The notes under the pieces were generated by a model, which searched no databases, was not told the origin of the DNA, and saw only the letters and a program-made list of their open reading frames with translations. The position numbers and the translations under genes were made by a program. Shown piece after piece: positions 7,543 to 17,324 of a DNA stretch of 64,000 bases. Location: assembly GCA_044222185.1 (NCBI GenBank), contig JBGANV010000012.1, forward strand, positions 64,001 through 128,000, written 5' to 3'. Source of the stretch: Planctomycetota bacterium. Its GTDB lineage: Bacteria; Planctomycetota; GCA-002687715; CAIWVZ01. Numbering within the stretch: the first letter of the stretch is position 1; every line of letters begins with the position of its first letter.

Positions 7543-10527
7543 TCATTGCACCAGCGTCACTCGCACCACCTCGTCGGCACTGACGTCGATCGTCTGCGGA
7601 GCGCTGACGGGGCGGCGTGCCTTGTCGTGCGACACGGGCTCGGACTCGGTCGTCACGGTGTATCGGCCGGGAAGAACCGCGCGAAGCCTGGTGCTCTTCG
7701 ACGCGAGCGCCTTCGCCGCGAGGTAGGTCCGCACGGGCGCGCCCTCGCTGCCGACGGGCGTCAGGATCAGATAGTTGAAGCTCTCATCCGGCATCGCGAA
7801 CTCCCACCGGACCTCCACGCTCCCCGCGCACGGCACCGAGAGCTTCGCCACGGGCCCGGCCGTCTGGTGCTTCAGCGAGAAGCTCCGCCCCGCGTAGTCG
7901 GCGTGGAACGTGACCGCGCCCAGCGGCAGGTTCTTGAAGTCGAACGCGCCGCTCTCCGACGTCTCGCCGAATGGGAACGAGCCCGCCCCTCCCGCCGCGG
8001 GGTCGGGGTCGTCGACCGTGACCGAGACGCCCACGCCGGCCTGGGGACGCCCGCGCGCGTCCAGGACGGAAAGGACGACGTCGCGTCCGGCCTTCATCAC
8101 GAACGTGGTTTCTTCGTCCCCGATCGGGACTCGCCAATCCTTGCGATCGAGCGGCACGTAACCGGCCTTCTCGACGCGAACCGATGCGGCGTCGGAGTAG
8201 ATGCGGTCCAGTTCGAACCGGCCGTCCGCCGCGGACTCGGAGCGCGTGGCGAGGCTCGGTTCCGTGAAGATCATGATGGAGGCGTTGGCGAGAGGACGAC
8301 CTGCTTCATCGCGCACCCAGCCACGTACGATCCGCGGCTTCTGCGTCACCGTGAGCGTGACCGTGTGCGTCCCACGCTCCGGCACGACGACCTCCGTGGA
8401 ATCCAAACGGCCCCCGATCGCATCCACGGCACTGACGCTGAACTTGCTCGCGGTCTGCAGGTTCGAGAGCTGCACGGTTCCCTTCGCGTCCGGGTTCATC
8501 AGGAGCACGGTATGTGACCCATCACTCATCCCGCTCGCGACTCCGGAGGCCCCGGCCGCGATCTGCGCCGAGTCGGGGAAATCGCTGCCGTCCTTGTACG
8601 TCTTCCCCGACAGACCGATGCGGATCTGCACACCCGGCGGAACGGCGCCCGCTGCATCGTGAACGCTCACGACGAGGACGTTCGACGTATCCAGCGTCAC
8701 CTCGATCGGCGCGTCGGCCTCCGAGGGAATGGCGACGCGCGCCGTCGCGTAGCCGAGGGCCGCCACGTTCATGTGCACATCACCGACGGAGAGTGCCATG
8801 GTGCCGTGGCCGTCCTGGTCCGTCGGTGCACTCTTCGACGTCACGTTTTCGCCGATGGAGGCCACGGCTCCGGCGACGGGCCGTCTCTCGGTGTCTCTCA
8901 CGACGAATGCGACCTGGCGTGACCTGGCGATCTCGAGATCGCCGAGGTCCTGCCACTTCGTGAGGTTCTCGAACACCTTCACCGCGCGAGCGCCGCGGCC
9001 GTCGGCGGCGCTGATCGTCATGTCGACCGAGCGCAGCGTGGGCGAGGGGAGGTAGATGGTGACGCGGCCATGCTCGTCCGCCGTGCGCGCGCCGGTCGTG
9101 ACCGACGACTGCGAGAGGAACGACGTCGTGGCACGGGCGAACGGCAGCGGTGTCCTCGTCCCGGCGTCGACGACGCGGAAGGTGATCCCGGGAGTGTGCT
9201 TGATGTTCAGTGTGAGCGTGCCCGAAGGCGACAGGAGTCTCGTGGTCGACGACGTTCCGCTTCCTTCCTCGAACGTGAATTGCGCGTCCAGCTCCAGGGA
9301 TCCGGACCAGTCGGCTGGAAGACCTCCGACGCGGAACCGTCCGTCGGCCGTCGACGATGAGTGGACTGAGGCCATCTCGAGCGACTGTTTCTCGACGAAG
9401 GCGCGGACGGTCGCTGGAAGCGAGGCGGTTGCGGCGAATGGGTGATCCGGTGCGAGCGTGAACTTGATGGCGCTGGTCGGTGGCTTTCCGTCGACGACGA
9501 ACGACCCGCCGACGGTGGCGCCGGCAGGGAGGCGGAGGGTCGATCCATTCGCGTCGAGGTGCACCGTGCCGAGGAACGGCGGCGTCCCCGCGTTCGCCAC
9601 CAACGCATCGGTGTCGCCCCCCACCGACGGCAGCCGTGCCAACCCTCCCTCGTTCGTTCGCTCGGAACCAAGCACTTCCCCGCGGCGGAAGATCACGACG
9701 GTCGCTCCGACCACCGCGTTGCCTTCATCGTCCTCCACTCGGATCGGGCATGTGGGGCGCGAATCCCCCGCGGTCACGGGGCGTGTCTCTTCGTCCTGGC
9801 CCGAGACGAAGGGCTTCACCGTGACCTGCGCCCCGTCCGGGCGCCGATCGGCTGAAGCTGGCGGCGGCGCGCTCGTCGTCTCGATGACGGCTTCGCGGCG
9901 CAGAACGTCGGGCGCCGCCAGTCGTGCCTCCCGTCCGTCGGATGCGATCCACCAGATGACGCCGGCCGTGACGGCCACGCTCACGGCCACGATGCTCTGC
10001 GTGCGGGTCATGTGTTCGGCTCCGAACCGGGGCTCGCCCGGATGACTGACGGTCACTTCGAACGAGGCGTCCGCCGCGCGAAGAGTGCCGAGCGGCGTCG
10101 CGACGAGCAGTGGGCGGCCATCGGTGACGAACGTGGCCGATCCGAATTCGAGCACTCTGCGAAGAGGGACGTCGGCGAACGCGCCGCTCTCCGGCGATTC
10201 GTTCGGTCGATGCGCGACGAACCAGCTGGTGACTCCGATCAAACACGCCGCGACCGCTGCGGCCGCGCGCAGACGCCAGGTGCGGCGCGGAGTCGTCGGC
10301 TGGGAGCGCGGCTCGTCGAGCTGGAGGAACTCGTCGCTCGCGCCGACGTCCGCGAAGACTCCGGCGAGCGCGCGCCACGCCCGGCGATCGGCCGCGTGGT
10401 GGTCTCGGCAGCGGACGCAACCGTTCATGTGAGCGGTGAACGCCTGGGGCAGCGCTTCATCCGGCACGCCGGCGAGGTCGGCGCTCGCGTCGAGGAACGC
10501 GCGACAGGTCGAGGGTCCGTCGTTCAT
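7543..10527 (-). CDS. Anti-sigma factor (ZAS + TM + FecR-like) fused to carboxypeptidase-regulatory-like (beta-sandwich) repeats
   Basis: ATG 10527 overlaps the sigma stop (ATGA). HMNGCVRC is a Hx3Cx2C motif. A TM follows, then FecR-like LLVATPLG..SFEV, then repeated V.D..G.P+.GA.V...TD..G units. Confidence 0.75.
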   Translation of the reverse strand: MNDGPSTCRAFLDASADLAGVPDEALPQAFTAHMNGCVRCRDHHAADRRAWRALAGVFADVGASDEFLQLDEPRSQPTTPRRTWRLRAAAAVAACLIGVTSWFVAHRPNESPESGAFADVPLRRVLEFGSATFVTDGRPLLVATPLGTLRAADASFEVTVSHPGEPRFGAEHMTRTQSIVAVSVAVTAGVIWWIASDGREARLAAPDVLRREAVIETTSAPPPASADRRPDGAQVTVKPFVSGQDEETRPVTAGDSRPTCPIRVEDDEGNAVVGATVVIFRRGEVLGSERTNEGGLARLPSVGGDTDALVANAGTPPFLGTVHLDANGSTLRLPAGATVGGSFVVDGKPPTSAIKFTLAPDHPFAATASLPATVRAFVEKQSLEMASVHSSSTADGRFRVGGLPADWSGSLELDAQFTFEEGSGTSSTTRLLSPSGTLTLNIKHTPGITFRVVDAGTRTPLPFARATTSFLSQSSVTTGARTADEHGRVTIYLPSPTLRSVDMTISAADGRGARAVKVFENLTKWQDLGDLEIARSRQVAFVVRDTERRPVAGAVASIGENVTSKSAPTDQDGHGTMALSVGDVHMNVAALGYATARVAIPSEADAPIEVTLDTSNVLVVSVHDAAGAVPPGVQIRIGLSGKTYKDGSDFPDSAQIAAGASGVASGMSDGSHTVLLMNPDAKGTVQLSNLQTASKFSVSAVDAIGGRLDSTEVVVPERGTHTVTLTVTQKPRIVRGWVRDEAGRPLANASIMIFTEPSLATRSESAADGRFELDRIYSDAASVRVEKAGYVPLDRKDWRVPIGDEETTFVMKAGRDVVLSVLDARGRPQAGVGVSVTVDDPDPAAGGAGSFPFGETSESGAFDFKNLPLGAVTFHADYAGRSFSLKHQTAGPVAKLSVPCAGSVEVRWEFAMPDESFNYLILTPVGSEGAPVRTYLAAKALASKSTRLRAVLPGRYTVTTESEPVSHDKARRPVSAPQTIDVSADEVVRVTLVQ

Positions 10528-11012
10528 CTCTCGAGATCTCCGAGCTTGTTCCGGACGGCTTTCAGACCGAGGTGAAAGTGCTGGCGAGCGGTCGCGGCCG
10601 TGCAGTCGAGGACGAGGCCGATCTCGTCGTATTCCATTCCGCGATCGATGCGGAGGAGGAGCGCGAGCCGCTGGCGTTCGGGGGTCGACGCGAGGGCTGC
10701 GCGGGCGGCGCGCGTGCTCTCTCGATCCGCGGCGATCACGTCCGATGCCGGGGCTGAACGGGGCTCGCGTTGGATGACGTGGGAGAGCGCCGTTCTCTCG
10801 ACCCCGCGGCGCCGGGCGCCGTCGCGGATGATGTTGATCGCGATTCGATACAGCCAGGCGCGGGGCTGTCGTGAAGGGGGCGACTGAAGTGCGCGCAGCA
10901 TGGCTTCCTGGACGATGTCCTCCGCGTCGGTGCGGACTCCGAGCCGGCGGACGAAGCTCACGAGTTCGTCGCGGAACGGAGCCGAGTCGACGGGTGTCGT
11001 TTGATGGCCCAC
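10524..11012 (-). CDS. ECF sigma-70 factor
   Basis: Region 2 DAEDIVQEAMLRA...AWLYRIAINIIRD. Region 4 PERQRLALLLR...GMEYDEIG. Confidence 0.9.
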   Translation of the reverse strand: MGHQTTPVDSAPFRDELVSFVRRLGVRTDAEDIVQEAMLRALQSPPSRQPRAWLYRIAINIIRDGARRRGVERTALSHVIQREPRSAPASDVIAADRESTRAARAALASTPERQRLALLLRIDRGMEYDEIGLVLDCTAATARQHFHLGLKAVRNKLGDLER

Positions 11013-11058
11013 GAACGAGATGATTCCGGCCGAAGGAACTTCGTGCGGAACGCCGGTT

Positions 11059-11084
11059 GAGACGAACGGCAGCCCAGAGTGTCA
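11059..11084 (-). promoter_or_regulatory. Possible ECF-type autoregulatory promoter
   Basis: Minus strand reads TGACAC-N14-CGTCTC about 45 nt upstream of the sigma start. CGTC is a common ECF -10 element. Weak match. Confidence 0.25.
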
Positions 11085-11331
11085 AAACCGCGCAGCGGAA
11101 TCCGGTGTTTTCCGTCGGCGTGTCGGGTTTGCGGGCGCGCGGGGGTCGAGGGGCTGGACATGCCCGGATTCCTCGGGACTTTGCCCTTGCCGAGGTCGAC
11201 GCCGCCCTCCACGGGATGACCGCGTGGGCGCCGCGATCGCCTCACGGAGCGCCTGTCGACCCGCCGCGACGGCGGTGGGCGTGGCGCGCCGTCGCAGTCG
11301 TCGAACGCACGTCGGGAGTAACATCGCGGCC

Positions 11332-12069
11332 GTGACGGCTGCCTCATCATCCCGAGGTTCGTTTGCGGCGACGCGTTGGACTCTCGTGCTGGCGGCGCGG
11401 TCGGCGGACCGTGACCGGGCTGAGGCCGCGCTCGGCGAGCTCTGCGCGACGTATTGGCCGCCGCTCTACGCCTACGTACGTCGCACAGGCGCGAGCACGC
11501 ATGACGCGTGCGACCTCGTCCAGGGTCTGTTCGAGCAACTGCTGCGGTCAGGCGGCACGGGAGGCGCGGACCCGGCGCGCGGTCGGTTTCGGAGTTACCT
11601 CCTCGGTGCGCTCAAGCATCACATGGCGAACGCGAGGGACCACGCCGACGCTCGCAAGCGTGGCGGCGGTGCGGTGAAACTCGCCATCGACATCGCGGCG
11701 GAGGAGCGTCGTCTGGACCGCGCGGCCGTCGACGGCGAATCGCCCGAGCGCGCCTTCGACCGGCGGTGGGCCGTGACCGTTCTCTCCGTCGTCACGGACC
11801 GCTTGCGCGACGACTATGCCGCGAAGGGGAAGGAGAACCTTTTCGAGGCCCTCCGACCGTTCCTGACCCGGGACCCGCAAGCGGGAGCCCAGGTCGAGGC
11901 TGCTCGGGCATTGGGCGTGACGTCGGGCGCGTTCAAGGTCGCGCTCCACCGACTCCGCGAACGCTACCGCGATGCGTTGCGCCGGGAAGTCGGTCGCACC
12001 ACGTCCTCGGACGACGAGATCGACGACGAAATCTCCGCCTTGATGCGCGCCCTCGCGACAGCCGTGTAA
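11332..12069 (+). CDS. ECF sigma factor of the kinase-associated Planctomycete/Verrucomicrobia type
   Basis: FAATRWTLVLAA, YWPPLYAYVRR, DPARGRFRSYL, KRGGG, PERAFDRRWA, VALHRLRERYR. Start placed at GTG 11332 (uncertain). Confidence 0.9.
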   Translation: MTAASSSRGSFAATRWTLVLAARSADRDRAEAALGELCATYWPPLYAYVRRTGASTHDACDLVQGLFEQLLRSGGTGGADPARGRFRSYLLGALKHHMANARDHADARKRGGGAVKLAIDIAAEERRLDRAAVDGESPERAFDRRWAVTVLSVVTDRLRDDYAAKGKENLFEALRPFLTRDPQAGAQVEAARALGVTSGAFKVALHRLRERYRDALRREVGRTTSSDDEIDDEISALMRALATAV

Positions 12070-12125
12070 CCTTTCGCCCGCGTCACTTCAGATCGTGGTG
12101 ATCGGACGAATGGAGCGATGCCGCG

Positions 12126-13994
12126 ATGACTGATCCCACGTCACAACTTCCGTGCGGAACCTGCGGAAACCCACTCCCGAGCGAGGGGTCGACGGCGGGT
12201 GCGTGCCCGACGTGCCTCTTGGCGTCTGCCCGCACGGGTGAGGGTGTCCATGGTGAGACCGGAGTCCAGACCGAGGGGCTCATGGGAGGAGAGCGTCCCC
12301 TTCCACCACCGCCGGAGAACCTGCGACTCCGCATCCCGGGCGTCGAGCTGATCGACACCGTCGGACGCGGCGGCATGGGCACGGTCTACCGCGGCCGCCA
12401 GATCAAGCTCGATCGCGACGTGGCCGTGAAGGTGCTGGATCCAGAACTCACGAAAGACCCGCTATTCGTCGAACGGTTCCTCCGCGAGGCCCGCGCGATG
12501 GCGCGGCTCAGCCATCCGCACATCGTCGGGCTGTTCGATTTCGGCGACGTCGACGGCGTCTTCTACATCGTGATGGAGTTCGTCGATGGAATGAACCTGC
12601 GACGACTCGCGCGCGACGGCCGACTGGCGCCGCGGGAGGCGCTGGCGATCATCCCGCAAGTGTGCGATGCGGTGCAGTACGCGCACGGGATGGGCATCGT
12701 TCACCGTGACCTCAAGCCCGAGAACATCCTCGTCGACTCCGGCGGCCGGGTGAAAGTGGCGGATTTCGGGCTCGCCAAGCTCGTCGGGCGCGAATCGTTG
12801 GCGGTATCGCTCACGGGCTCGCAAGCGGTGCTCGGCACGCCGCAGTACATGGCGCCGGAGCAGATCGAGCGCCCGGCCGACGTGGATCATCGCGCCGACA
12901 TCTACTCGCTCGGCGTCGTGCTGTACGAACTCCTCACGGGCGAACTCCCCATCGGTCGCTTCGAGCCGCCATCGCAGCGCGTCGCCGTGGACGTACGTCT
13001 CGACGACGTCGTCCTGCGCGCTCTCGAGAAGGCTCCCGAGCGGCGATACCAGCGCGCCGACGAGATGAAGACGGCGGTGGAACGGGTCAGTGTCGCATCC
13101 GGCGGTGGTGCGGCCCCCTCTGCGCCTCCCGAGGTTGGACACCGGCTGCTCGAAGCGCTCGATCGGCGGTACTGGCGAATCGTCCTCATGGTGGCCGCGG
13201 CGGTCGTCCTCCATTCAGTCTCCGGGCTACCGCTACTGTTCTGGCCGAACGCGCTCTTCTACGTCGTCGCGACGATGATCGGTGCGGACGTGGTCCTGTC
13301 GGGACTGCGGCGAACCCCACTCCGAGCCTTCGTCCCGTTCTGGGTCGTCGACGCCATCGCGTGGACGTTCCTGTTCTGGCCGACCTGCTACGTGGTCCTT
13401 CAGGCCTGGCCGATCCCGGGTGGGGTCATGATCCGATGGACGGGGCTCCGGGACGTTGTCTCGGGCGTCACGCTGATCGCTCTCGCCCTCTCGCCATTCA
13501 TCCTGCTCTTGCTGGCGAGACACCGCCAACGGCGCTTGCTGTTCGACGAGGGCCGGTTGCCCGAGGGGGATCGCCGTGCGGGACGGAGGGTTTCGGGGGT
13601 CGCCTTTCTCCTCGCGGCCGGCCTCATCCTGCTCTCCCTCGCGTTTCCCTGGTCCGCTTCGCCGGGCCCTGGGACCGATCCTCCAGTTCCCGGCTACCTT
13701 CGGGCGTCCTCGATCGCCTTCGTGATCTGGGGCTTCTTGGGATCGGTGCTCTGCGCGTCCGCACAGTTCTCGGGCGGCAGACGGCGCCTCCTTTCCCTCG
13801 GGGCTGCAGCGTGCTTCGCGAGTGCGGCCCTGCTGACGTTCGACGTCTGCTACAGATCCGCCGTCGACGGCGCAGAGATCTACTGGAGCGGTGCCGCACT
13901 CTGGGTCGACGCAATTTGTGCGTTCACGGCCGTGTGCGCCCTGCTCGCGCGCGAACCAACCCCGCGTGAGCCGGCCGCGCCCGCGGTCGTTTGA
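12126..13994 (+). CDS. Hanks-type Ser/Thr protein kinase with N-terminal Cys knuckles and multi-TM C-terminus
   Basis: CGTC...CPTC, GRGGMGTVY, VAVK, HRDLKPEN, DFG, YMAPEQ. About 8 hydrophobic segments follow the kinase domain. Confidence 0.92.
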   Translation: MTDPTSQLPCGTCGNPLPSEGSTAGACPTCLLASARTGEGVHGETGVQTEGLMGGERPLPPPPENLRLRIPGVELIDTVGRGGMGTVYRGRQIKLDRDVAVKVLDPELTKDPLFVERFLREARAMARLSHPHIVGLFDFGDVDGVFYIVMEFVDGMNLRRLARDGRLAPREALAIIPQVCDAVQYAHGMGIVHRDLKPENILVDSGGRVKVADFGLAKLVGRESLAVSLTGSQAVLGTPQYMAPEQIERPADVDHRADIYSLGVVLYELLTGELPIGRFEPPSQRVAVDVRLDDVVLRALEKAPERRYQRADEMKTAVERVSVASGGGAAPSAPPEVGHRLLEALDRRYWRIVLMVAAAVVLHSVSGLPLLFWPNALFYVVATMIGADVVLSGLRRTPLRAFVPFWVVDAIAWTFLFWPTCYVVLQAWPIPGGVMIRWTGLRDVVSGVTLIALALSPFILLLLARHRQRRLLFDEGRLPEGDRRAGRRVSGVAFLLAAGLILLSLAFPWSASPGPGTDPPVPGYLRASSIAFVIWGFLGSVLCASAQFSGGRRRLLSLGAAACFASAALLTFDVCYRSAVDGAEIYWSGAALWVDAICAFTAVCALLAREPTPREPAAPAVV

Positions 13995-14049
13995 CCGCGT
14001 GGAAGGTTCCGCGTCGCCCACGGCCTGGCGCGCGGCGCCTGGCCGCCGC

Positions 14050-14880
14050 CCGAAACTCGCCGGCGAGCCGGTTCCAGAGATTCCCGTCCTCCTCGCCGAC
14101 ATGGTGCTGGGAACGGTCGCGGACGTGATGGGCCGCGGCATCACGGACCGCGCCGGCGTCCTCGGTGTCGAACGGCCGGCGATTGGACGCCGCCTGCGCG
14201 CGAACTCGAGCCTCGACGTGATCCTGGCTGCACCGTTGGGCCCCGTGGTCCGAGCCACGGTCGATCCGACCTCGACGGAGCCGATCCGACTCACCTGCCC
14301 TCCGGTGGGCCGCATGCGCGTACGCGTGGTCGATGCGCGCGGAGCCCCGTCGCGGGTACCGGCCTCGGTCGGGATCGAAGCGGTCGCCCGTCCGACGGCG
14401 CGACGCCCGCCGAAGTGAACCTCCGGCGTGCCTGCACCCTCGACCTCACTGCTGCGAAAGGACAGCCGGAGGTCGCGATCGTCGGCGTCGGGCTGAGGCT
14501 GGCGGTCACCGTGCGCGCCGTGCGCGGGCCCATCCGCACCGTGCACAAGGTCTTCGATGGCCCCAAATCACCGAGCGAAGAGATCACCTTCGACATCGCG
14601 TTCGATTCGCCTGCGTGCATCCTCACCGGGCGTCTCGTCGACGGACGGTTCGTTCGGGTCCGATCGAACTCTCGTGCTGACGACCCCGAGCGCCGGCTTC
14701 TACCGGGTGCAGATTCGCGTCGTGCAGGGCGTGGGCGGCGAGGCCGTCATCAAAACGGCGTTGCCCGACGCGCCGGGCCTTCACGTCCAGATCCCCGACG
14801 GCGCGCCGTCGGCTTCGGCGACGATCGCGCCGTCCGCGGACGCGGTCCGGCGAGCGATCGGATCGTTGGGGCGGTCATGA
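14050..14880 (+). pseudogene. Fragmented remnant of a carboxypeptidase-regulatory-like repeat protein
   Basis: Protein-like segments switch frames: GEPVPEIPV...GRMRVRVVDARGAP (frame 1, stop 14418), then ...ILTGRLVDG (frame 3), then ...GFYRVQIRV...AVRRAIGSLGRS (frame 1). Confidence 0.45.
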
Positions 14881-14934
14881 CTCCTGGACGAGCTCGCGTC
14901 AGGGCACCACGACATCCGGTAGACTCGGCACCTC

Positions 14935-16407
14935 GTGGGGAACCTCGTCTCGACCCGTCGACGTTTCGTGGGCGTCATCGCCGATCGCGCGCTCGCCCTC
15001 ATCCTCAGCGCGACGGTGGTGACGTGCGCGTCGACGGCGCAGTCGATGCCGGCGCAGCAACCCGCACCGAACGTCATCTTCGTCCTCGCTGAGGGCCAGG
15101 GGTGGGCGAGCACGTCCGTGCCGATGGACGATCGCGTGCCCGCGTCGTGCGACGCGCCGGGACTCACACCGAACCTCGAACGCCTCGCGCGCGAGGGGAC
15201 TCGCTTCTCCGATTTCTATGCGTCGGCGCCCCGGTGCACGCCGTCCCGGGCGAGCCTCATCACGGGCATGAGCCCCGCGCGCCTCCGCGTGACCTACGTG
15301 CTCGATTCGGACAAGAAGAAGGATGACGACGACGCGGACGAGCTGCCGTCGACGACGCGAGTCGTCCCGCCGCACTCGGAGCACGACCTGCCAGAGGGCG
15401 TTCTCACCACGGCTGATCGTCTTCGCGCAGCCGGTTTTGGCACCGCGCACTTCGGCAAGTGGCAGGTGGGGAAGGCCGGACCGCGCAAGCGCGGTTTCGA
15501 CGTGACCGACCCCAAGGACGACGAGTCCACGAAGGGCGTGAGTCGATCCACGGTGATCACCAGCCGTGGGATTGCGTTCATGAAGGAGCAGGTCACCGCG
15601 CGCAGGCCGTTCTACCTCCAGCTGTGGCACGTGGGCGCCGGCGCCGACGATGAAGTCACGCGCGAGAGCCGCGCCCGCGCCCGTAACCTGCTTCACGACG
15701 TTCGCGGGAAGGAACTGGATGACGCGGCGGGCATGGTCCAGGTGGATGCCGCCCTCGGTCGCCTCCTCGATGCCGTCGATTCACTGGGCATCGCCGAGCG
15801 CACGTTCATCGTGTTCAGCTCCGATCATGGTGCGGCCGCGGGCAGCGGCCGCGGCGCGAACTTCCCGCTGCAGGGCGGCAAGGGGAGCGTGGCCGAGGGC
15901 GGCCTTCGCGTGCCGTTCCTGGTTCGCGGCCCGGGCGTCCGGGCGGGCGTCTGCTCGCACGTGCGCGCCTGCGGCATGGACCTGCTCCCGACGATCCTGG
16001 AACTGGCCGGGAAGGGCGCCGAATCCGCCGGTGGCCTGGACGGCGGCAGCCTCGCTCCCGTGCTCTTGGGCACTGCCGATGCGGTGAAGCGCCCGCGGGG
16101 CGAGATCGTGATCCACTTCCCGCATTTCGACCTGGGGAATGGCGGCCCTCAGTCCGCCCTGTTCTTCGGTGATTTCAAGCTGATCCGCAACGACGAGACG
16201 CAGGGCCGAAGGCTCTACCGCATCACGTCCGACCCGTTCGAGACCCGCGACCTGTCGGGTGAGCTCCCGGACACGGTCACCAGCCTCACCGAGCGACTCG
16301 ATGCGTGGTTGAACGCGATCGATGCGCCGCGTGCCCGCCCGCGGACACCAGCTCCGGCCGCGCAGGACTCGCGCCCCGAATCCCGGGGGTCCACCGGTGG
16401 CCGGTGA
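14935..16407 (+). CDS. Formylglycine-type (Cys) sulfatase, divergent
   Basis: CTPSRASLITG (CxPxR), FSSDHG, GGKGSVAEGGLRVP, DPFETRDL. Signal peptide-like N-terminus. Exact start uncertain. Confidence 0.88.
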   Translation: MGNLVSTRRRFVGVIADRALALILSATVVTCASTAQSMPAQQPAPNVIFVLAEGQGWASTSVPMDDRVPASCDAPGLTPNLERLAREGTRFSDFYASAPRCTPSRASLITGMSPARLRVTYVLDSDKKKDDDDADELPSTTRVVPPHSEHDLPEGVLTTADRLRAAGFGTAHFGKWQVGKAGPRKRGFDVTDPKDDESTKGVSRSTVITSRGIAFMKEQVTARRPFYLQLWHVGAGADDEVTRESRARARNLLHDVRGKELDDAAGMVQVDAALGRLLDAVDSLGIAERTFIVFSSDHGAAAGSGRGANFPLQGGKGSVAEGGLRVPFLVRGPGVRAGVCSHVRACGMDLLPTILELAGKGAESAGGLDGGSLAPVLLGTADAVKRPRGEIVIHFPHFDLGNGGPQSALFFGDFKLIRNDETQGRRLYRITSDPFETRDLSGELPDTVTSLTERLDAWLNAIDAPRARPRTPAPAAQDSRPESRGSTGGR

Positions 16408-16427
16408 TCGCGGCGGCGCCTGAATCG

Positions 16428-17324
16428 TCATCGCATGCGGATCGGATCGGTGAGCGACACAGCCGGGATTCGAGCCCTGAGAGCGTCGCGCGCAGCGCAA
16501 ACCGATCGAACGTCGTGAACGAGATCCTCGTAGCCGGCGCGTTCTGCCGGCAGGCCCCACCATTCGGCAGCCCACGTCGCAGCGTCCGGCGTGAACAGGT
16601 CCCGCATCGCGCGCTCCATGAGGTCGGGCGATTCCTCTCTCAGGCCGGCGATGAAGGCCGGGAGGAATCCGACCGTCGTGCCCTCGGGGACGAGCCACGA
16701 GCGGCAATCGGCTTGGAGTGTCAGTCGATCCAGTCGTCCGTCAGGCGCAAGCCGGAAGCAGAACGGAACGTAGATGCTCGAAGAGTTGCCGCCGCGAATC
16801 CCATGGGCCTGATGAGCGCCCCAGATCTCGACGTGGTTTTCGACCGTGCGCGTGCGCGGTTCCCAGGAGCTCTCGAATTGCGTTTCGTGATACGACGGGG
16901 ACCGTGTCGGCGAGCCGGCATCGACGGCGATCACCGCGCATCGACTGAACCGCCCGTTCGCGCCACACCCAGCCTCGACCGACAGGACCCAGCCGCGACC
17001 TGGTTGCGCGAGACGGTCGACATGCAGAGCGGGCTGCGATTGCCGAGAGTCCCGGCATCCGAGCAGTCGGCCGCCACCTTCATCTGGATGGACGAACCGG
17101 TCGTCGAGCCTGACCGAATACCGCACGCAGATCCCGGGCCGTCCCTGCGCATAGGTGACGTCGGCCGGCTCGGCACGCAGCACCCAGGTTCCGCCGGTGG
17201 TTTGCAAGCGGTCCGTGACCACGTCGAGAGTCTGGCGTGTTCGATCGGGGTCCGTTCGAGCGGGGGCGCAGAGCCAGGCGCAGACGAACGTGAGGGCGAG
17301 TGCGAGGTAGGCGGATGAAGTCAA
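16428..17324 (-). CDS. Hypothetical secreted protein
   Basis: TTG start after GAGG, hydrophobic N-terminus, globular composition. An upstream TTCACA-N15-TACAAT at 17409-17435 is possible. Confidence 0.55.
   Translation of the reverse strand: MTSSAYLALALTFVCAWLCAPARTDPDRTRQTLDVVTDRLQTTGGTWVLRAEPADVTYAQGRPGICVRYSVRLDDRFVHPDEGGGRLLGCRDSRQSQPALHVDRLAQPGRGWVLSVEAGCGANGRFSRCAVIAVDAGSPTRSPSYHETQFESSWEPRTRTVENHVEIWGAHQAHGIRGGNSSSIYVPFCFRLAPDGRLDRLTLQADCRSWLVPEGTTVGFLPAFIAGLREESPDLMERAMRDLFTPDAATWAAEWWGLPAERAGYEDLVHDVRSVCAARDALRARIPAVSLTDPIRMR

Noticed and set aside
10528-11085. N-terminal extensions in the ORF track (7543-11085, 33538, 36951, 39124, 56376, 26543)
   Set aside because: The extensions overlap neighbouring genes or promoters. 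Downstream starts have an RBS, translational coupling or a signal peptide.
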